Part shown: positions 17,948 to 24,000 of the stretch, piece by piece
How positions within the stretch are numbered: the stretch's first letter is position 1
Layout: every line of letters starts with the position of its first letter
Source: Thermoprotei archaeon
Lineage (GTDB): Archaea > Thermoproteota > Nitrososphaeria > Geothermarchaeales > JDFR-13
Direction: 5' to 3'
Assembly: GCA_011043415.1 (NCBI GenBank)
Contig: DQXH01000041.1
Location: 24,410 to 48,409, forward strand
Length of the DNA stretch: 24,000 nt
The notes under the pieces: model-generated
Told to the model about the DNA's origin: nothing
The model's database searches: none
The model's input: only the letters and a program-made list of their open reading frames with translations
Position numbers and translations under genes: made by a program

Positions 17948-18163
17948 ATGAATGCAGTGAAAATGTATATTAATGAGGAGACGGATGTACGTGAAATTAG
18001 AAGAAAAATATCGAGATATAGAAAAATAGAGATATATGTTGATAAAAAAATTAATAAAAGCAAGATAATTGAATTACTTCGTGATACTTTGAATTTAAAT
18101 TATTCTAAAAGTATAATAATCTGGTGGGGTCGGGATGAAGATCGACTTTATAATAACTGTTGA
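17948..18163 (+). CDS. hypothetical small protein (71 aa), possibly spurious; it overlaps the radical SAM start by 29 nt
   Basis: Lys/Ile/Glu-rich ORF in an AT-rich stretch, ending ...SIIIWWGRDEDRLYNNC. A TTTAAAAA element at 17901-17908 lies about 40 nt upstream of its ATG. No recognisable family. The composition is close to what an AT-rich spacer would yield by chance. Confidence 0.25.
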   Translation: MNAVKMYINEETDVREIRRKISRYRKIEIYVDKKINKSKIIELLRDTLNLNYSKSIIIWWGRDEDRLYNNC

Positions 18164-19646
18164 TAGGTCAATGATGACAAATCACCATGGATACGAATTC
18201 GTCGGATTTATGACTACAGCGCCTCCAGTAGGATTACCAGAACATATATGGAACTGGATCTCCATGCCTCGAGTAAAGGTAGATAGATATGGACGGCCTG
18301 TAGAAGCACCATATGGTTTACGTAAAATTGAGGCTGCATTACAAGATGCAGGGTTTAAAGCATATATTATTGACCCTGATTACATAGGTAAGTATATTGA
18401 TGATGCTAAAGCAATATTGATTGGACATCACGATTACTTTGCTCTAGGGCCACCTAGTTCAGAGTGGTATATTATCACCCATAAAGAACCAGTTAACGCA
18501 AGGTCATTTAGAAGGTTTATGGAATCTAAGGATATGAAGAGGGCGAGGGAAAAGGGATTAAAATTTATCGTCGGCGGACCAGCGGCATGGCAGTGGCTCT
18601 GGCGTCCTGAACTTATTGAAAAATGGAAGATTGACACTATAGTAGATGGGGAGGCGGAGAGGATAATAGTGAAACTAGCCGAAAGGATTTTAGACGGTTC
18701 AGATCTACCCTTATATATCTACATAGGTGTAGATGATACACCTACTATAGATGAAATCCCCGTGATTAAAGGAGCCTCAGTTAATGGTCTAGTGGAAATT
18801 ATGAGAGGATGCCCTAGAGGATGTAAGTTTTGCAGCGTTACATTAAGACCATTAAGACACATTCCATTAGAGAAGATTATCCAGGAGATTGAGGTAAATG
18901 CGTTATACGGGGTGAAGGGGGTAATATTGCATTCGGAGGATGTTATGCTATATGGATCTGATGGCGTGATTCCCCGCGAAGAACCATTGTTAAAACTCCA
19001 TAGAGAAGTTGTGAGAAGAGCGGAGTCGATGGCATGGAGCCATGTATCATTAGCAGCTGTTAAATGTGCAGAGGAAAGATATAATCTAATATCGAAGATT
19101 ATGGATATCATCTTTAATAAGCAGGACTATATAGGTGTAGAGGTAGGTATCGAAACAGGCTCAAGAAGATTGGCTAGATTAACTATGCCTGCTAAGGCGG
19201 CGCCATATGATATCAGTAGATGGCCTGAGATAGTTGAAGATGCATTTAGAATAATGAGTGAAAATAGGATAATTCCAGCGGCTACTTTAATAGTAGGCTT
19301 GCCGGGGGAGACTGAGGAGGATATAATAGAGACTATAGAATTGGTGGATAGGCTACACAGCTACCCTAGTCTTATAGTTCCCATGTACTTTGTACCGATG
19401 GGTTATTATAAGGATAAAGAATGGTTTAAAAAAGCGAGGCTTGAGGACTCTTTAAGGGAACTAGGTATGGTATGCTTAAAACACGACTTATATTGGGCCG
19501 ACTGGATTTTAACGAGATATTATATTAGACCTAATTTAAGGAATCCAAGTATTTACATCTTAAAATATCTTCTTAAATTCATTATAAGAACATATAGACG
19601 CCTATCGAAGATCGATAAGTGGGAGACTGTGAAAGTCTATACTTAG
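18135..19646 (+). CDS. radical SAM enzyme with an N-terminal Rossmann/B12-binding-like domain and no auxiliary-cluster cysteines
   Basis: 503-aa ORF. Canonical CxxxCxxC (MRGCPRGCKFCSV), followed by TIM-barrel-like elements (GVKGVILHSEDV, GVEVGIETGS, IVGLPGETEED). The N-terminal ~220 aa has the layout of a B12-binding-like domain (IITVD..., KAILIGHHD, LKFIVGGPAA). There are only 5 Cys in total. GGTGGGG lies upstream of the ATG. Confidence 0.85.
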   Translation: MKIDFIITVDRSMMTNHHGYEFVGFMTTAPPVGLPEHIWNWISMPRVKVDRYGRPVEAPYGLRKIEAALQDAGFKAYIIDPDYIGKYIDDAKAILIGHHDYFALGPPSSEWYIITHKEPVNARSFRRFMESKDMKRAREKGLKFIVGGPAAWQWLWRPELIEKWKIDTIVDGEAERIIVKLAERILDGSDLPLYIYIGVDDTPTIDEIPVIKGASVNGLVEIMRGCPRGCKFCSVTLRPLRHIPLEKIIQEIEVNALYGVKGVILHSEDVMLYGSDGVIPREEPLLKLHREVVRRAESMAWSHVSLAAVKCAEERYNLISKIMDIIFNKQDYIGVEVGIETGSRRLARLTMPAKAAPYDISRWPEIVEDAFRIMSENRIIPAATLIVGLPGETEEDIIETIELVDRLHSYPSLIVPMYFVPMGYYKDKEWFKKARLEDSLRELGMVCLKHDLYWADWILTRYYIRPNLRNPSIYILKYLLKFIIRTYRRLSKIDKWETVKVYT

Positions 19647-20257
19647 GTTATTTTATATATACTCTTAAATACATTGATTATATCCTCAATAGGAGGATCT
19701 ACGTAGCATCCTCTATACTTTACATATGTAAACTGAAGCTTACCCAATTTATTATATTTAGGTAGTATCACATCATTATATCCATTGAATTCAAGTGGAT
19801 CTATATTCATCTTAATAGCTGTACCCAAGTCGAATACCGGGGTAAGCTTGATCCACCTACCACCTATATATACCTCAGTATAACCATGATAGACAAATAA
19901 ATTCGTTTTCAACAAATTATATACTTCACTAGATAGTGAATGATTTATTATATCTGCAAAACATATTTTTGCAGGGATTCCAACCGCCCTATATAAAGCG
20001 GCAAGTACGATAGCCTTCTGAACACAGTATCCATAACCATTTTTTATAATCACACTAGCCCTATACAAGTCTCGGTTAAAGTAATCAACGTAGATAGAAT
20101 ATTTTATACCGTCTCGAACATAATAAAATATTTTTCTAGCTAAGTCGACTATATTACTCGCATCACGTGCAAGGTTGTTAGCGATCTCCCTGACGATATA
20201 CGAATCCGAGTCAATATATTTAGTAGGTTTAGTATACTCATCCCACTCACAAACCAT
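19643..20257 (-). CDS. transglutaminase-like (papain-fold) superfamily protein, cytoplasmic
   Basis: 204-aa ORF with the Cys-His-Asp arrangement typical of transglutaminase-core domains: GYGYCVQKAIVLAALYRAVGIPAKI (Cys), HGYTEVYIGGRWIKL (His) and TPVFD (Asp). No signal peptide or TM segment. Confidence 0.7.
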   Translation of the reverse strand: MVCEWDEYTKPTKYIDSDSYIVREIANNLARDASNIVDLARKIFYYVRDGIKYSIYVDYFNRDLYRASVIIKNGYGYCVQKAIVLAALYRAVGIPAKICFADIINHSLSSEVYNLLKTNLFVYHGYTEVYIGGRWIKLTPVFDLGTAIKMNIDPLEFNGYNDVILPKYNKLGKLQFTYVKYRGCYVDPPIEDIINVFKSIYKIT

Positions 20258-20620
20258 ATGTATAGAATATTTTTAGCTAAACTATAAGTTTATTATATAA
20301 CAAATGGTATCCCTCAATAATATTCCTTCTCCAAATATCAATAGACAACTAGAAATGTGATAAAATAAATTATAGTGGAGTATCTAGGTATTACTGATAT
20401 AATAAGATGCTCTGAGCTAAGGCATATATAGAGTTTATTGAATTGAATTCAGATGCCTAGAAACTGCATTCCCATATTCATTATATCGACTCCAAGAAAT
20501 ACGCTAAATTACTCGTAGATTAGCCGAGTACTGCAACATCCATTAAATCGAATCCTGCAGAAGTGTTTCGGTATTTAGCGGGCTCATACTACCTAAGAGA
20601 CCATTTTAAAGGGTATCCTT

Positions 20621-20639
20621 AGGGAGATCCAGGGAGATC
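20621..20639. repeat. tandem direct repeat AGGGAGATC x2 (1-nt spacer) inside a 550-nt non-coding stretch
   Basis: Read directly: AGGGAGATCcAGGGAGATC at 20621-20639. Significance unknown. Confidence 0.5.
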
Positions 20640-20809
20640 GAAGGCGAAGATAGAACCTTGTCCATTACAATGATGTAGAGGGTATTGAAGTTTCTACGTT
20701 TACTATTGACCCCGGTATATTTGTTAACGACATGAATGATGAATATGATGATGGATTTAAGGGTGAGGAGGCAGTAAAGAGTTGAACAATGCATCAAATG
20801 AAACACAAA

Positions 20810-21514
20810 TTATTTAAGCGGTAAATCCTTGGTGAAGCCTGTGTATACATGGATATACTTTTCTGGATAAACCTCCCTAACATATTTTTTAGCGTTATAC
20901 CCACTACAGTGTGCTGGAGAGATATATTTAGAAAGCCTAGCCAAGTTATCTAATGTTCTGCTCGATGGACTATGAAAGCCTCCAACAACCCAGTATATCT
21001 TAGAGCCTATCTTACTATATGCTTCCATAGCAAGATTATCTACCCCGGGGTGCGAACATCCTACAAGCATGACAAGACCCTCATAATCCAATTTAACTGC
21101 CAAAGCCTCTTCATATATACCCCATAGCCCAGTTTTAATTGGACCTATAATCCATATATCATCATTAATTTTTCTAGTAGAGTAGTTTATTATGGGCTTA
21201 AGACCCCACTCACTCAAATAATTTGTTTCACCTGGCGGGGTATATATGGTGAGTCCCTTAACAGCCCTACCAACATATTTAAATCCACCATAATGGTCAT
21301 GATGGTGATGACTCAAAACCGCGAAATCAACCTTATCTAGATTAATCCTGAGCTTAGCTATATTATATTCAAGAATATCTGGATGAGTATCAGCATCAAA
21401 CAAAATCCTATATTTATCAGCCTCTATATAGGCACTAAATCCCCAGCTATTCCTAAGCCCCGCACCAGGTTCATTATCCACGATAATTATGACCCTAAGA
21501 TTCTTAACCATCAT
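20810..21514 (-). CDS. MBL-fold metallo-hydrolase (COG1237-like small archaeal beta-lactamase-fold protein)
   Basis: 234-aa ORF. The N-terminus (IIVDNEPGAGLRNSWGFSAYIE...ILFDADT) and the LSHHHHDHYGG block (HxHxDH zinc motif) are followed by later His/Asp ligand positions (GCSHPG, GGFH). Confidence 0.85.
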   Translation of the reverse strand: MMVKNLRVIIIVDNEPGAGLRNSWGFSAYIEADKYRILFDADTHPDILEYNIAKLRINLDKVDFAVLSHHHHDHYGGFKYVGRAVKGLTIYTPPGETNYLSEWGLKPIINYSTRKINDDIWIIGPIKTGLWGIYEEALAVKLDYEGLVMLVGCSHPGVDNLAMEAYSKIGSKIYWVVGGFHSPSSRTLDNLARLSKYISPAHCSGYNAKKYVREVYPEKYIHVYTGFTKDLPLK

Positions 21515-21699
21515 TTAAAAATATATCGAGGAGAATTATACGATGTTAATTAAAAAATATATAGTTTCTAGTAGATCTATATGCATCATAGATAAACTAT
21601 GCTTAGATCCTAGGCTAATCAAAGTATTTTTTTCTTCAGTCATGTCTGCTCTTAAGATATCCTGCTTGATATTCCTTCTCATCTTAATGTAATCTGGAT

Positions 21700-22060
21700 T
21701 TAAAGTCTCCCTATAGATCTCATGATGTATGATTAATCTCATTAGTTCTGGTCCACATCATCCCCAGCCTCATACCCCTTAAAAGCATCTTCAACGGATA
21801 TACTGTGGTATATCCTATTCTACCCAATATCTGCATGGCATGATTAATTACTTCCCAACTAACTTCAGTGCATACACTTTAGCCTCAGAAATCGGTCTAC
21901 GTACCAAGTTATAATTAGTATTTATGAATGAATCAGCCGCGCTTGCAGCTAAATAGACTAATCCACATGCGGCATCGACCTTCGTAATTAAATCTGGAGA
22001 AACATCATCTACAAACTCGATAACCTCCTTTATAACCTTCTCCCACGATATTCAGTTAAA
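21700..22060 (-). pseudogene. acyl-CoA dehydrogenase relic, C-terminal domain only, with two frameshifts (approximate bounds)
   Basis: Minus-strand hand translation: ...[49 protein letters not shown], then a shift, then [40 protein letters not shown], then a shift, then [12 protein letters not shown] (start of the 68-aa track ORF 21536..21742). This is collinear with the ACAD C-terminal helical domain pattern (..l.Y.AA...D.G....EAs.AK.yA.e.a..v...AmQi.GG.GY....P.ER..RDar...I.EGTnEI.r.iI.re.). The N-terminal ~250 aa of a normal ACAD are absent. Confidence 0.6.
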
Positions 22061-22113
22061 TAACCTTGTGTAACACTACAGAGAATTGTTTGATCCTTGA
22101 ATTCAAGAGAGAG

Positions 22114-23508
22114 TTAAAGTATTTTTTCAAACAAATTTTTAATAGCGCTAGAGACAATATCACCGATAGTTTCGAGTCTACCTTTAATAATATTCCTGAA
22201 AATATAGTCTACCCTAAGATAAAACTTTCTATATGCCCAGCTTAATAATCTTCCTGCCATCTCACGAGTGAACATAAATCCCCTTATAACAGGTTTAATC
22301 GTGGTATAATCGTCCCAGTCGAATGATTCGATCAGATTATGCTTTAGACAGTAGTAATATAGTGGCGTACCTGGATACGGCGTGGCGACAGTGAACTGTG
22401 CATAATCTGGATTCAATTTAATAGCATATTTAACCGTATTCTTCATGTCGTCAACAGTCTGCCATGGAAAACCTATTATAAAGCTTCCAGCCACCTCTAT
22501 ACCATACTCCTGAGTAAGTGGTATAGCTTTGTTAACTTGAGAAGTGCTTATCTTCTTCCTTATTAACATTAAATCTCGATCATTATATGACTCAATTCCA
22601 TAATAAATCGCTGTACAACCACTTAATCTTAAGTACCTTAACATCTCCCGGTCTACATTATTCACCCTAGAACCACATGTATAATTTATATCCAGCCCCC
22701 TATTCATAATCTCCCTAGCAAACTTTATTACCCATCTTTTACTAAGAGTAAGCTCGTCATCCGTAAAGACTATTATATTAGTCTTGTATTTCTCGATATT
22801 CCTCTCAATCTCATCTACAACATTCTCCGGACTTCTAATTCTATATCTCCTTCCCCAGTAATAGCTTGTTGCACAGTATATACAGCCATATGGACACCCT
22901 CTACTAGCCATTATATGAACTATCCTAAGAGGCTTATTGAATACAGTATAGTGATCCATGGGGAGAAGATGTCGAGCCGGCTCCGGCAAAGTATCAAGGT
23001 TCCTTATCCACGGCCTATTCCTATTTCTAACAACTTTATCACCCAACTTATATGCTATACCAAGGATGTCTTGAAGACTAGGTTTACCTACTTCAATATA
23101 TTGAATCAATTCTCTTGTAGTAACTTCACCCTCCCCTATGACAACATAATCGGCATTTCCCTCCGTTAAAGCCTCGGTATACATATAGGATACATGCGGT
23201 CCACCCATTATAATAGGAATATCTTTATCAAAGTCTCTCTTAATTAACCTAGCTATTTTATAACTTGCTTTTACGGTTGGTGTGACGGAACTTATACCGA
23301 CTACGTCAGGTTTAAATCTCTTTACAGCCTCCAATATCATTTTAATATTAAACCCTAATGTAGGTGCGTCAATTATCCTTACCTTATGTCCAATCTTTTC
23401 AAGTACAGATGCTATATATGCTAAGCCGAGTGGGGGAGCCCTTACTCCGATGCTTTGATATATTTCAAGCGGCTTTAAACCAGGTGAGTAAATTAGTAGG
23501 ACCTTCAT
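22114..23508 (-). CDS. B12-binding-domain radical SAM protein (class B / COG1032-like)
   Basis: N-terminal B12-binding-type domain (MKVLLIYSP...PPLGLAYIASVLEKIGHKVRIIDA..., PDVVGISSVT, IIMGGPH) followed by ASRGCPYGCIYCA (CxxxCxxC) and a radical SAM barrel (IVFTDDELT, YYGIESYND, FIIGFPWQT). The track start at 23523 is TTG. ATG at 23506-23508 (MKVLLIY) is the more likely start, so I give the end as 23508. Confidence 0.85.
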   Translation of the reverse strand: MKVLLIYSPGLKPLEIYQSIGVRAPPLGLAYIASVLEKIGHKVRIIDAPTLGFNIKMILEAVKRFKPDVVGISSVTPTVKASYKIARLIKRDFDKDIPIIMGGPHVSYMYTEALTEGNADYVVIGEGEVTTRELIQYIEVGKPSLQDILGIAYKLGDKVVRNRNRPWIRNLDTLPEPARHLLPMDHYTVFNKPLRIVHIMASRGCPYGCIYCATSYYWGRRYRIRSPENVVDEIERNIEKYKTNIIVFTDDELTLSKRWVIKFAREIMNRGLDINYTCGSRVNNVDREMLRYLRLSGCTAIYYGIESYNDRDLMLIRKKISTSQVNKAIPLTQEYGIEVAGSFIIGFPWQTVDDMKNTVKYAIKLNPDYAQFTVATPYPGTPLYYYCLKHNLIESFDWDDYTTIKPVIRGFMFTREMAGRLLSWAYRKFYLRVDYIFRNIIKGRLETIGDIVSSAIKNLFEKIL

Positions 23509-23598
23509 AATAAAGGCTTCCAAAATAAATATTATAATATACCTCTCAATATATTATTCTTTAAAATATTTTTCAATGAATTAAAAAATATATATAAA

Positions 23599-24000
23599 TC
23601 ATTTTCTTCTAATCCTATAGTATTTAACTCCATCTTTTTTATAGACATCTATATAACCATCTTTTAGTAGCCTCTTCAACCTTCTATAAAGTGGAGTCTT
23701 GGGTACTCCCGTCGCATCCATCAAATCTTTTGCAGTAGCGTCTCCAAGCTCCCTCAACTTATCTAATATTATCCTATCCCTATCATCGAGAGCCTGATAT
23801 TTTATTACAGGCTCTGCACTCCTTCTCTTGATAAGAAACACTCCAGATACTACTATTATAATTCCGATTATGGCGACTACAAGATATATCCAATCCCCTA
23901 ATCCAACTGGAGTAGGCTTAGGCTTCCCCGGCTGTTCCTGAGGGGCAGGATATATTACATACTTTACTTCAATATCACCGGGAGGCATTACCAACGCTAC
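23599..24000 (-). CDS. membrane-anchored winged-helix DNA-binding protein; the reading frame stays open to the window edge, so the N-terminus may be incomplete
   Basis: Pro-rich segment, one TM (WIYLVVAIIGIIIVVSGVFLI), then a basic stop-transfer and a C-terminal wHTH (DRDRIILDKLRELGDATAKDLMDATGVPKTPLYRRLKRLLKDGYIDVYKKDGVKYYRI). There is no stop between ATG 23992-23994 and position 24000. Confidence 0.6.
   Translation of the reverse strand, partial: VALVMPPGDIEVKYVIYPAPQEQPGKPKPTPVGLGDWIYLVVAIIGIIIVVSGVFLIKRRSAEPVIKYQALDDRDRIILDKLRELGDATAKDLMDATGVPKTPLYRRLKRLLKDGYIDVYKKDGVKYYRIRRK

Noticed and set aside
15968-19111. Other short overlapping ORFs (15968..16162 +, 16630..16938 -, 17534..17779 +, 18434..18637 -, 18719..19111 -, 22915..23169 +)
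   Set aside because: Each lies inside, or antisense to, a longer ORF or relic with clear motifs. I judged them spurious.
18135-19646. Assignment of the 503-aa radical SAM protein as tetraether synthase (Tes/GDGT-MAS)
   Set aside because: As I recall, GDGT-MAS binds several Fe-S clusters plus a rubredoxin-like iron and so needs many conserved Cys. This protein has only 5 Cys, 3 of them in the CxxxCxxC motif.
20736-20751. Two ATGATGA (C-box-like) motifs suggesting a C/D-box sRNA
   Set aside because: No CTGA D box is present in the following ~80 nt (through 20830) and there are no terminal complementary ends. The motifs arise from a simple ATGA-rich repeat.
20606-20806. 66-aa minus-strand ORF next to the MBL gene
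   Set aside because: It has no motifs, an odd composition and no promoter geometry. It lies in the unexplained 550-nt spacer and most likely arose by chance.
1-24000. Search by eye for CRISPR repeats, tRNA/rRNA genes, IS transposases, integrases, terminal inverted repeats or known defence genes
   Set aside because: I found none. There are no regularly spaced repeats, no GC-rich cloverleaf-sized islands and no transposase- or integrase-like translations in any long or relic frame. A computational scan (tRNAscan-SE, CRISPR finder, ISEScan, DefenseFinder/PADLOC) is still needed for confirmation.

Overview
AT-rich, tightly packed window that looks archaeal, probably a thermophilic crenarchaeote/TACK lineage. 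Evidence: Thi4-type thiazole synthase, a CofE relic, TATA boxes about 27-30 nt upstream of start codons implying leaderless mRNAs, and AGA/AGG/ATA codon usage. I found no rRNA, tRNA, CRISPR array, transposase or integrase. Intact genes are mostly housekeeping or envelope functions: adenine deaminase (partial), an NADH-oxidase/CoA-disulfide-reductase-family flavoprotein, an MFS transporter, a divergent FGGY-kinase-like protein, a rhomboid protease with an extra C-terminal module, an SDR epimerase, a 1277-aa secreted S8 protease, GlmS, Thi4, a polytopic membrane protein, a gamma-carbonic-anhydrase-like protein, two radical SAM enzymes, a transglutaminase-like protein, an MBL-fold hydrolase and a membrane-anchored winged-helix protein. 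The most striking result, found only by translating 'empty' stretches by hand, is at least six gene relics. These are etfA, a fixC N-terminus joined in frame to a Cys/Met-PLP-enzyme C-terminus, a DUF998 membrane protein, cofE and an acyl-CoA dehydrogenase C-terminus. Three of them (ACAD, ETF-alpha, FixC) belong to one electron-transfer chain, which suggests pathway-level loss. I cannot identify a clear novel multi-gene system such as a defence island. The best candidates for undescribed biology are the small-ORF + Cys-poor radical SAM unit at 17.9-19.6 kb, the second B12-type radical SAM at 22.1-23.5 kb, the FGGY pseudo-kinase and the extended rhomboid. All family calls rest on motif recognition by eye, not on database searches.
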